A stretch of 64,000 nt of DNA from a virus (Duplodnaviria; Caudoviricetes), in IMG/VR virus record IMGVR_UViG_3300025011_000016; one strand, 5' to 3'. This document shows, piece after piece, positions 52,304-61,841 of the stretch. Made by a program: the position numbers and the translations under genes. Within the stretch, counting starts at the first letter, position 1; each line of letters begins with the position of its first letter. Below the pieces are notes generated by a model. That model saw only the letters and a list, made by a program, of their open reading frames with translations. It was not told where the DNA came from and did no database searches.

Positions 52304-52369
52304 TAAAAAATATACATCTGTTCACATATATAGGTAGTATATTAAGAGAAAGAGTGGGGTTTTAATAGA

Positions 52370-52933
52370 ATGGGAGAATTCATATTCTTAAGTAACTATG
52401 TAAAAGATTCTGAACGTATTACCGATATAACAGGATATCTATTAAGTCAAAAGATACAATATTATATTGGTGAGCCTTTAGAAGTTTCTGAAGGTTTGGA
52501 ATCAGAACTTGTTGGAATATATATTATTTTACCTACTACTTATGAAACTATTAATGATATATTCGATCGTAGGGAATTCATAAAGAATATACCCATTCAT
52601 CGAAGATTCATTATGACATATGAGGAAGAATTTAGACCAAAGATAGATAAGTTTTTATCTATATTATCAAATAAGAAATCGATACAATCTTTCAATTATA
52701 CTAAGAGTAAAGGAATACTTATGCTAATTACTGAAGTTGATGATAAAGTGGGATGTATTCCTGCTGATGTATTACTTAAATTAAATAAGAGTTTTGATAC
52801 CTTGACATATAGTTTAGACATGGACAGAGTAACACAGATATGCAATATATTTGGTTGTGATGTCGACGAGTTAACACATATACTTAGTGATGGTTTATGG
52901 ACTAAATTTGGAATTGATATATACAATCTATAA
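52370..52933 (+). CDS. hypothetical protein
   Basis: ORF track. Confidence 0.6.
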   Translation: MGEFIFLSNYVKDSERITDITGYLLSQKIQYYIGEPLEVSEGLESELVGIYIILPTTYETINDIFDRREFIKNIPIHRRFIMTYEEEFRPKIDKFLSILSNKKSIQSFNYTKSKGILMLITEVDDKVGCIPADVLLKLNKSFDTLTYSLDMDRVTQICNIFGCDVDELTHILSDGLWTKFGIDIYNL

Positions 52934-52939
52934 ATGATT

Positions 52940-52985
52940 AAAATAAAAGATATACGATTTAAATCGTATATCTTTTATTTTTTTT
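52940..52985. terminator. bidirectional terminator
   Basis: AAATAAAAGATATACGATTTAAATCGTATATCTTTTATTT. Confidence 0.75.
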
Positions 52986-54252
52986 AAGCCTCATGATTAG
53001 ATACTAACTCGAATAACTCTCTAAAATCTACCATATTATGAAATACCTTTATTGTCATGTAATTAAGCATCCACGAGAAAATCCGCCTACTATTGTCATT
53101 CTTATTGAAATCGAGATAATATTCATTAATAAATTTTTCAGAACTCTCTATATCATCTTCAAGAGTTTTTCTTAATCTGGGATTTAAATCAGGATCTTTT
53201 AAATCCCTCTTTAGTTTATCTAATTGAGAATTTATTCTAACGGCGTCCTGTGGATGAGGATCGGCGATAGCCGTTAACATTCCCAAGGTTACATTAAGCA
53301 GATCATAACCCCAGTTTAATAGGGGAATTTTGTATATAATTTGATCGGAAATAAGGTTTTCTCGTTTATGTAGTTTATTTTGGAAGCTCATCATGGCTGG
53401 ACCATATCCATATGTGGAAGCAAAACTATCTGAGTATTTTTCTCCAGCATAACCAAATATATTTCTTGAATTTAAAGCACCCAACACTATAAGTTCGGGA
53501 CCTTTAATTACATTAATAAAACTCTTAACTTTAAAATACGCCATAATATTTAAATAACCTTCCCAAAAAGTTGTAGCTGCTCTAAGTAATCCAGGAAATT
53601 TATTTATCAATAATGACTCGACTAATTTTATCGTATTTGTATATTTACCCCCTAAATTAAACACATCATATATTCCTAAAACCATAAGTGTGTTTATAAT
53701 ATATACAGGACCATTTTTTATAAATTCTGGGACTAACATAATATCTAGTGGTAATTTAGACAGGAGTGTGAACATTGATATATCCATATTATGACCTATT
53801 TCATGAAGTATGACTGCCATAATTTCTTCTGCTGTTAAATCAGCGTATAATACTAACAGTATATCTATATTCACACCCACGTGCATAGTAGATACATCTG
53901 TAGATCCCGTATTATCTCGATGAAAGAAATTAAAAGCTCTTGGTATAGTAAATGCATTAAACGGGGTTGTTAATAATACAGGCTTCATAGGATAATAGAA
54001 ACATAAATAGAATTCACCAAATCCAAATTTCTGTTTAAATAACTTCTCTATAAGAATAACACTATCATTCTTATTCAGATCAGTTATTTTTATTGGGGTA
54101 TTAATTTTTTCTTTTAAATCGGAAAATTTGGGATTATCTTTTCGTATTATTTGTATTATTTTATCCAGTTCTTTTTCTATAATAAGAAATTCTTTAGGTT
54201 TACCATAATATGCTTCGGTAACAGGTTTCATAAATGATGTTAATATGCCCAC
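52984..54252 (-). CDS. zinc metallopeptidase-like protein
   Basis: ILHEIGH zincin motif plus EKYSDSFA; AACA-N6-TA upstream. Confidence 0.7.
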   Translation of the reverse strand: MGILTSFMKPVTEAYYGKPKEFLIIEKELDKIIQIIRKDNPKFSDLKEKINTPIKITDLNKNDSVILIEKLFKQKFGFGEFYLCFYYPMKPVLLTTPFNAFTIPRAFNFFHRDNTGSTDVSTMHVGVNIDILLVLYADLTAEEIMAVILHEIGHNMDISMFTLLSKLPLDIMLVPEFIKNGPVYIINTLMVLGIYDVFNLGGKYTNTIKLVESLLINKFPGLLRAATTFWEGYLNIMAYFKVKSFINVIKGPELIVLGALNSRNIFGYAGEKYSDSFASTYGYGPAMMSFQNKLHKRENLISDQIIYKIPLLNWGYDLLNVTLGMLTAIADPHPQDAVRINSQLDKLKRDLKDPDLNPRLRKTLEDDIESSEKFINEYYLDFNKNDNSRRIFSWMLNYMTIKVFHNMVDFRELFELVSNHEA

Positions 54253-54342
54253 GATAAATCACTTCCTTCTATATATTCGATATTAAACTATTGTTTAAAA
54301 CAATCATTTAAATAGATAATGTTGATAGGTAGGTGTATTTAT

Positions 54343-55506
54343 ATGGCTAAAGATGACAGTGTTTTATTAGATGAGTTATATCCTTTAGTTGAAAAGGGTT
54401 TATCTAAAAAGGAAAATAGTATGAAGATAAAGAAAGCTGTTGGTGAGTTCTTAGATAGAAATTCTGAGAAATTAACTACTATTGGCCCGATCCATCAAAT
54501 GATGTTTACAGATGAAGATATGAAAAAACTATACGATGCTATCGAAGTTCCACCTGAGCAGATAAAAGAGATAATTAAGAAATCTCCATATATACAAACT
54601 CAGTGGAAGATTATGAATAATCCATTTAATTCAGCTTGTGTATTAGCACTCAGATTTTATAAATTACATAAGAATGATGAAATGGTTAATTCAGTCTTAA
54701 TATATCTAACTATGTCTATGTATCCATCATTATTTCATAAATACTTTCAGTTTGAACCCAATGAAAACATAATGAATTATACTATTAATAGCTTATCTAA
54801 TAAATTTAAAATTAAACAAACTGGTACTATATATGGGGCATTAATAGATACTGTTAGAGTGAATGATACAAAATATGGAGATGAGGTATTACATGGGACT
54901 GATAAAGAATTAGTAGATTATATTAACTCTATTAAAACTCGTTTGAATAGTTTATTAAAACATATCTCTATTGAGTTTTATAAGAATCATGAAAATAAAA
55001 ATTATATGAATTCAGACTCTGATAATTTAGAAGAAGAAAACTATCATGAAGCTGACAGTAATTTATATGCAATTGAAAGGATAACTAATAATGTAGTTCT
55101 TAAATTAACAGTAGAAGGGCCTAATATTAAATTGATCAATATGGCTGCTGAATTATCACAAGTTAGTAGAAATGAATTAAGGAATTATGTAAATTCAATG
55201 GTCTTAAATAATAATAGAGATGATATCAAAATTATAGTAGAGAGTATATTATTCTTATTTTTATTTGATTCACAAAATCAAATTCAAGAATTAAGTAGTA
55301 ATAAATTTCTATTGTATTGTAGAGAGATGTATCGAAAGTCTAATACAAATGATGAAAACATAATAAAGATAAAGAAGATATTAGACTCATGGTTAACTGA
55401 CTTAGGAACATATAAAAAGACCCAAAGATTAGCTACTATTAACTCATTTAGAAAAGCTTTATTTATGTTTTTTGTTATAAGTATCCAGAATGCAAATGTA
55501 GTTTAA
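54343..55506 (+). CDS. hypothetical protein
   Basis: Long helical ORF; AGGTG; AACA-N6-TA upstream. Confidence 0.65.
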   Translation: MAKDDSVLLDELYPLVEKGLSKKENSMKIKKAVGEFLDRNSEKLTTIGPIHQMMFTDEDMKKLYDAIEVPPEQIKEIIKKSPYIQTQWKIMNNPFNSACVLALRFYKLHKNDEMVNSVLIYLTMSMYPSLFHKYFQFEPNENIMNYTINSLSNKFKIKQTGTIYGALIDTVRVNDTKYGDEVLHGTDKELVDYINSIKTRLNSLLKHISIEFYKNHENKNYMNSDSDNLEEENYHEADSNLYAIERITNNVVLKLTVEGPNIKLINMAAELSQVSRNELRNYVNSMVLNNNRDDIKIIVESILFLFLFDSQNQIQELSSNKFLLYCREMYRKSNTNDENIIKIKKILDSWLTDLGTYKKTQRLATINSFRKALFMFFVISIQNANVV

Positions 55507-55790
55507 AGATGATACGAATATGATTTAAATCATATTCGTATCATCTTTATCTTCCTCTATATAGACATCTTCACATTTTAAACCTCTAATTAACATACTC
55601 TCAAATATATCATCGGGAATTTCATTTACCAAGTATTTATTATATGAGTTGAGTTTACAACCGGCTTCTACATCTTTGACACCTATGAATTAGTTCATTC
55701 ATTAACATATCAGCTCCTTTATTTATATGTAAACACTTTTTTATAGTATAATGAAAACATTTTATTAATTGAGACATTATAAAGGAGGAT

Positions 55791-56381
55791 TCATATTGAG
55801 TCTCGTTGCATAGTAATATGTAATTGTAACTACTTTAATTGCGGGAAACTCCTTAGTGCTTAAAACACTTTTAAAGTAACAAAGTTTAAGATTGGACAAT
55901 CCGCAGCCAAAGTTATTATTTAATAACGAGGCTCAACGACTATCCCAATGGTACTAAAATGTACATTAGGAGTAGGGCTCAAGTGAGTGGGTGAGATTCC
56001 CTTAAATCGAAAAGGGTAGCCCCATTATTATAATGGGTGAAGATATAGTCTGTGCTTTAAGGAGACTTAGAGATATAACTTAACCGTAAGTAAGTCTTAA
56101 TAATTCATTCTTAATAAGATATTATTATAGTTATAACAAATAATATAAGAAGGGGGTGACGATAAATGTTTAAAACTTTTAAATACATCTGACTAAAAAA
56201 GCTATGTATTGACACGAAACTTATAAATAATGGCGATAACCAAGCCTATTAATAATATTTATAAGTTGTAAAAATCTTTATTAACTAGCGTAAATAGAGA
56301 TTTCGCCGTTGGTCGGACGGTTTAAAGAACCTTGACGGTTAAGTTATAAGTGGTATCTAACTAATACTACTAACACGACAG
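55791..56381 (+). mobile_element. non-autonomous IStron-like group I intron (591 nt, tnpB deleted) between the SD and start codon
   Basis: 5' end, core and 3' end are homologous to 42747-44396; residual tnpB ends (ATGTTTAAAACTTTTAAA ... AATATTTATAAG...AATCTTTATTAA). Confidence 0.88.
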
Positions 56382-56385
56382 GAAT

Positions 56386-58063
56386 ATGTCTATTACTAAA
56401 CAGGCTAGAAAACAAATGGAATTATTAATTTATTCAGTATTTACAGCTTTAGATCCAACTGGTTCTAATACTGCTAAATATAAAGAATTATTTGGTAAAA
56501 TGAATGATACTCAATTTGATAAATTCTTCAAAGATTTCTTTAAAGAGGAAGATGAGTATCTTATATTAGACGTTATTGATTATGAGTTAAATCTTCAAAT
56601 GGAAGATGTAGAAAGAGCTGCAAAGATTCTTGATGTACCTTTATTCGAAAAAGTTGCAATGCCATTTATTAACAACAATACAGAAAATCCTGTTGTTACT
56701 CAATATGAAGTTCCGGTTGGTTACATTAACTTGAAACGGGTTCAACAAATATTAGCTAAAAAAAATACTACATCTACAGAAATATCAACACGTTCTGCTA
56801 TAACAGGACAAGTTGTTGGTAAGGATAAAAATGCCAGAGATTCAGATCAGGAGAATTTTGCTCTTGTCACTTTAAATGCTACGAACACATTACGTGAGCT
56901 TTTGGGTTATGTTGCTTAGCCCCTATATACGGTAACGTATATAGCAAACTTCTTTAATTGCAGGAAATTCCTTAGAGCTTATTATATGAAGATTGGATAA
57001 TCTGCATCATATTTTCTAATGATTAAAATATTTTCTTACTAATAAATATACAATATTTTAAAGGATGTGAATTATAAAAATGTATATAGTCATTCGTAAA
57101 GATAGAGAAATATTTAAACTTGTAACATATCCTAAAGTCAAACCTGATACTTATGAAGTTAGTAATTATGGTAATATTAGAAATTTAAAAACTGGCAAAT
57201 TAGTAAAATTATTTCCCGATACAAAAGGTTATCCTTTTGCAAATCTTATGTATAAAAAATCCATTGCTCGTAGTGTTAATATCCATAGGTTGGTAGCGTG
57301 GGAATTTGTAGATGGATATGATATAGATCGAGGGAGAACTAATGTTAATCATCTGGACAGCGATCCTACTAATAATTATTATGAAAACCTTGAATGGGTT
57401 ACAACTAAAGAAAATAATCAACATGGTATTAAACATGGTAAGATTAGATTTGGTGCAGGTGGTAGTCTAAATTATAAAGCTAGATATAATGAAGAATTTT
57501 GTTCGTAAACTATGTCCATACATTGAAAAAGGACTCACTCAAATGGAAATAATGCATATTTACGGTTATAAAACAAGAAAAGAAAATAAAAGTTTATATT
57601 CTTTAATAGATGGAATTTACTGGGGTGTGTGGAGAGAGGTATCAAAAGAATTTAATATTAATATAAAACAAGAAAAATGTTCAACGACTATCCTTTAGAT
57701 GTGAAATTCATCATTAGGAGTAGGGCCTAAGTAGGTGGGTGAGACTCCCTTAAATCGAAATAAGAAGCATCTTATATAAGATGATGATATAGTCTTGTAT
57801 CCTATATAACTATAGGGAAGTTCATAAGAGAACTGCATAGATTAACGAACTATGTGAAAGTATCGCCCAGGAGTGATGACCTTGTGATGAAAAATCAAAT
57901 GTATGCTAGTATAGCTCAAAAAGGATATGTATCACTAGATGAACTACCGAACGATGTTGCCAATAAAACAACGCTGAATACAATTGATGTGCATCTTATT
58001 GGCTTAGGTATTAAAAGCGATTTAATCACTCAAGGATTATTAGTTAGAAAGACTATGAAATAA
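56386..58063 (+). CDS. rpoB: RNA polymerase beta-like C-terminal subunit; exons 56386-56907 and 57866-58063, about 239 aa
   Basis: VPVGYINLKRVQQ, TGQVVG, TLRELLG|PRSDD match the bacterial beta C-terminus (VGYMY.LKL, TLQEMLTVKSDD). Confidence 0.82.
56908..57865 (+). mobile_element. group I intron (958 nt) carrying an HNH homing endonuclease gene
   Basis: P1 GGGU/GCCC; P/Q before and R/S after the ORF; 3' G at 57865. Confidence 0.9.
57080..57698 (+). pseudogene. NUMOD4-HNH homing endonuclease, frameshifted near 57497-57500
   Basis: YEVSNYGNIR, IHRLVA..F, VNHLD....NN...NLEW; the C-terminal part continues in another frame after a TTTT run. Confidence 0.75.
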
Positions 58064-58103
58064 AAAAATAATAAGATGAGTTTAACTCATCTTATTATTT
58101 TTT
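58062..58103. terminator. bidirectional terminator
   Basis: AATAATAAGATGAG...CTCATCTTATTATT with A and T runs. Confidence 0.78.
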
Positions 58104-58672
58104 CAATATGTTATTATACCTCTATTAGTACGAAACCATCCAAAATCAGTTTTTTCCATGGGATGTATAATAAAACCCTTATTATTGAGCTTCTGAAAAT
58201 ATTTCAAGTAATCAGGCTCATTATCACCAATTAATAATTTATTTAACAAAGCTGAAGCTTCTTCCTCTAATGAACCCGGACGGAGCTCTATAAAAATATA
58301 ACCCATGCGTACTTCAGATTTGATAGGCGTGGTACCTTTATGTATTAGATTGAGGATATTTACTAATGTAATGAAATTCATTTCTGATGTGCAGTGTAAT
58401 TCAGTCGAGAACCTTGATGTAATATTTGATAATTTCTTAACGCCGCTCTTAATGAGATAATCAATAGCTTCAAAATCAATTATGCCGTCCAAGGGTTTAT
58501 TTTCATCGAAGGTTACTTGTAAACAATCCAATTCATTTATAGTGCTAACACTATCCTTCCCCTCAATAATACAACCCACGACAGGATTATATCCTCTGAT
58601 TTTAAAGACCCTTCCATTTGGTAATTTGAAATATACATTTTTATCAAACATCACTATATCACTCCGATTCAT
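58103..58672 (-). CDS. hypothetical protein
   Basis: ORF track. Confidence 0.6.
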   Translation of the reverse strand: MNRSDIVMFDKNVYFKLPNGRVFKIRGYNPVVGCIIEGKDSVSTINELDCLQVTFDENKPLDGIIDFEAIDYLIKSGVKKLSNITSRFSTELHCTSEMNFITLVNILNLIHKGTTPIKSEVRMGYIFIELRPGSLEEEASALLNKLLIGDNEPDYLKYFQKLNNKGFIIHPMEKTDFGWFRTNRGIITY

Positions 58673-58675
58673 TTA

Positions 58676-59167
58676 TTACATTGATTTTAAAACATCTAGT
58701 CGTTTTATCAATTCAGTATTTTTAGGTAATTGAGTAACTATGTATTCTAACCCATGTATGGATTTTTCAATACCAATATTATTAACAGCATATGTATCAG
58801 CATCCAATTCTTTTTGATCAACTTGTTGAAATTTAGCTTTAAATGGACGCAGGAATGCATTCCATTGAGTTAATTGTTTACCTTCAAAATGACCACATTT
58901 AAAATGACCAATTTCATGAGCCAGTATAAATATTCGAGTATCTTCATCAGCATTCATATATAGTTGATCGACATATATTATTAAATCATTTAAACAGGTT
59001 TGGACTAAGGCAAATTTTATATTTTTAAAATTAAGTAGAGCCTCATCTAGAGCAACCGATATGTTTATACCATCATAAACAAATTGACTTAATAATGGGA
59101 CGGGTCGTTGTTTACCACATATTTCACCGAATATTAATTTAACATTACTAATAAAAGTTTTTAACAT
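58676..59167 (-). CDS. M48-like metallopeptidase domain protein
   Basis: FILAHEIGH ... ELDADTYA. Confidence 0.7.
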   Translation of the reverse strand: MLKTFISNVKLIFGEICGKQRPVPLLSQFVYDGINISVALDEALLNFKNIKFALVQTCLNDLIIYVDQLYMNADEDTRIFILAHEIGHFKCGHFEGKQLTQWNAFLRPFKAKFQQVDQKELDADTYAVNNIGIEKSIHGLEYIVTQLPKNTELIKRLDVLKSM

Positions 59168-59297
59168 TTGTCAAAACACCTTTCATTTTATTATACCTAC
59201 TATTATAATATATATTTATTTTATCACATATTACTAATATTGAATATTATTAGTATTGGAACATAGAAATAATTAAATTAAAGGAGTTGAGGTTATT

Positions 59298-59468
59298 ATG
59301 AATAATGAAGACACTGAATTATATGTAGTTACTGAAGTAGGAACTTTCGGGGAATTGAATATTGATGATCCTACCAAGAAAAAACTAAAAAGAAAAGACG
59401 AAGATATCATGTCAGTTATAAAAGAAGCCACTGAAATTAACCTTAGTAATATTATACCACAAAGATAA
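59298..59468 (+). CDS. small hypothetical protein (56 aa)
   Basis: Read manually; GAGG; AACA-N6-TA upstream. Confidence 0.5.
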   Translation: MNNEDTELYVVTEVGTFGELNIDDPTKKKLKRKDEDIMSVIKEATEINLSNIIPQR

Positions 59469-59594
59469 CTTATTGAATGTATATAAGAAGATATTAATAT
59501 CTTCTTATATACATTTTAAGTTTTACTAAAAGTTAATTATCAATATAAATATATATTATCATGGTATAGATCAAGCCTATTAATATATTAAGGA

Positions 59595-60740
59595 GTGATA
59601 ATATTGCTAAAGTTATGTATTATTGGATTGGGTAATTGTGGTAATCAAATCGCTGAATTAGCAAAGAAAGAGAAGAATATTCCGGGTATCGCTATTAATA
59701 GTTCTGAAAAAGATCTTACTACTATCAATACTGTTGATAAGATCCTAATAGGCGATATGATGGGTAGTGGTAAAGATCGGAATGAAGCTAAACGCTTCAT
59801 AACTCAAAATATTCAGTTGATACTTCAACAAGAAGTATTTAAAAAGCTGATAGAAGAAAGTAACGTGATATTCATAGCTTCTTCTACTAGTGGCGGAACT
59901 GGCTCTGGTATGACACCGATCTTAACTGAAATACTTACGAAAATTTACCATGGGAAAAGATTCGTTGTCATTCATGTTTATCCGGCAATTAGTGAGTCTG
60001 TTGCGGCTCAACAAAACTCACTGGACTATTTAAAAGAGTTGAGACAATTTATTCCCAATATTACCTATATGGCTTATGATAATCATCGTAGGTCAAATGA
60101 GCCGACTGACAGAATGATGACTGAAATCAACATGCAAGTGGTTAATGACATTTGTGTGATCCGTGGAGATTATCAATACTCAACTCAATATAGTTCAATT
60201 GATGAAAAGGATATGCTTAAGTTAATTGAAACTCCAGGCCGGTTGTTGATAACAACTGTAAATGGTTTAAAGGAAAAAGATCTTGATGAAAAATCTGTTG
60301 AGGATATCTTAATATTTGATATCAAGAACACTTCAGTAGCAGTGGAAATTGAGCGTGACCGACTTATAAAAAGAATAGGTCTGATCACGAACTTAAATGA
60401 TAAAATCCATAAAGCATTCAATACTAAGTTAATTATCTTCAAAGAATTTATCGGTGAGCCGGTAGAAGGATTCGAACATATCCATATCAATAAAGGCCCA
60501 GATGAATCTAATCAAATTATTGTAATAATGTCTGGCTTATCAGTTCCAGACGATCGTATTCAGAAAATGATTCAAAGGATTGAAGAAGTTCGATCGGAGT
60601 TAATGAAAGTTCAAGGATCATCTATCCTCGATTCCATAAAAACCGAGGATATTGATATATTACGAGAAAACTCTGGACGGTTTGATCCAGAGAGTCAAAT
60701 TAACCTGACTGACGTTATGGCAAAATATCTTAAGCGTTAA
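59595..60740 (+). CDS. tubulin/FtsZ-family GTPase (PhuZ/TubZ-like)
   Basis: IGLGNCGNQIA, GSGKD, STSGGTGSG signature. Confidence 0.9.
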   Translation: MIILLKLCIIGLGNCGNQIAELAKKEKNIPGIAINSSEKDLTTINTVDKILIGDMMGSGKDRNEAKRFITQNIQLILQQEVFKKLIEESNVIFIASSTSGGTGSGMTPILTEILTKIYHGKRFVVIHVYPAISESVAAQQNSLDYLKELRQFIPNITYMAYDNHRRSNEPTDRMMTEINMQVVNDICVIRGDYQYSTQYSSIDEKDMLKLIETPGRLLITTVNGLKEKDLDEKSVEDILIFDIKNTSVAVEIERDRLIKRIGLITNLNDKIHKAFNTKLIIFKEFIGEPVEGFEHIHINKGPDESNQIIVIMSGLSVPDDRIQKMIQRIEEVRSELMKVQGSSILDSIKTEDIDILRENSGRFDPESQINLTDVMAKYLKR

Positions 60741-60834
60741 AACATTCAAATGATATCTTTATGAGGTGTAGTAATAAAATACATTTCATATAACAAAAAA
60801 GTAATCGTATAAAAATTAAGGAGGATTTATTGAG

Positions 60835-61704
60835 ATGAGTTTTAAAGATGTTTTGGAAGCAAAGATGCGTAAAATGAGCAAGGGTGAAAAAGTTGAGTTG
60901 CTGAGCGATAATGCGTCGGCCATTGTCAGCTTCTACATTAAGAAGGCATACCGAGAGCAGGATAATGTGACGGCATTGTTTGACAAAATGGAAGATGATC
61001 GGGAGAAGTTCGCTCCCACATTGATAAAAATGTTAAAGGAAGCTAAGAAAGAGGAACGGGATATTGATCTCGGCCTTGCCAGTGTTATCGGGGATTTCCT
61101 GGAGAAACGTAGCCCGAAATTAACTCAAGAAAACATTGATCTTTATGCCGATGCAGTTGATCAAATTCTAAAAGGCCGGGTAAAGAAAGTCAATAAGAAA
61201 CTTCAATTAGACAAAGGACTTATTAAGGAATTACTGGTAATTGTCCCAGATAAAGACTATGTATCCGATGTCAAATATATCGGCAACTATGTCGGCAGAA
61301 TTCTACGAAAACTATACTACATTACCAAAGATGATGAAATCGGTATCACTACCGTTAAAACTTTAACGAAACTCTTTAAGGAATTATTTGACGAGGAAAT
61401 GTTACCGGCCATCGCGACCGCTATTCTTCTCGAACGGAAATCCAGTATGGGTAATTTTAATGATAAACAAATCGCCATCTGGAATCTGTTAACAGATACT
61501 GCTTTGACAATCTACAATAAACTCGATAAAGATGTTCTTATCGATCAGATTGAGAATTATGTTAAGCGACGAGTATGGGATGCTGAAAAAGGAAAAGACT
61601 TTGCCCGCCGCATTCAACTGGATCAATTACCGGAAGATTATGACAAAATTTCCAAAGTTGTCAAGAAGCTTTCTTCCAAAGAAAAGACTAAGAAATATCT
61701 ATAG
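60835..61704 (+). CDS. hypothetical helical protein
   Basis: AGGAGG; 289 aa. Confidence 0.7.
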   Translation: MSFKDVLEAKMRKMSKGEKVELLSDNASAIVSFYIKKAYREQDNVTALFDKMEDDREKFAPTLIKMLKEAKKEERDIDLGLASVIGDFLEKRSPKLTQENIDLYADAVDQILKGRVKKVNKKLQLDKGLIKELLVIVPDKDYVSDVKYIGNYVGRILRKLYYITKDDEIGITTVKTLTKLFKELFDEEMLPAIATAILLERKSSMGNFNDKQIAIWNLLTDTALTIYNKLDKDVLIDQIENYVKRRVWDAEKGKDFARRIQLDQLPEDYDKISKVVKKLSSKEKTKKYL

Positions 61705-61841
61705 ATATATTTAAAGAATGGGAAAGAATTCTCATATATATTCTTTCCCATATCTTTTTAATTTGACGGTCATAATTCCAAAATTTGACTGTTATATGTA
61801 AGTAAAAGAGAGAAAAAAATAAGAAGTGGGGAGAGATTAAT

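Noticed and set aside
54343-55506. Assignment as RNAP sigma-like subunit or chimallin
   Set aside because: It is next to an RNAP gene but shows no recognisable motif; a structure-based search is needed.
55550-55720. Minus-strand fragment (…DVEAGCKLNSYNKYLVNEIPDD…)
   Set aside because: No in-frame start before an upstream stop; under 50 codons; it could be a broken small gene but cannot be supported.
11960-57850. Dispersed repeats (GGTTCAACGACTAGAG, GGGAAGTTCATAAGAGAACTG) as a CRISPR array or REP/MITE family
   Set aside because: They are not regularly spaced with unique spacers; they are the conserved R, S and P9 parts of group I introns with matching P1 helices.
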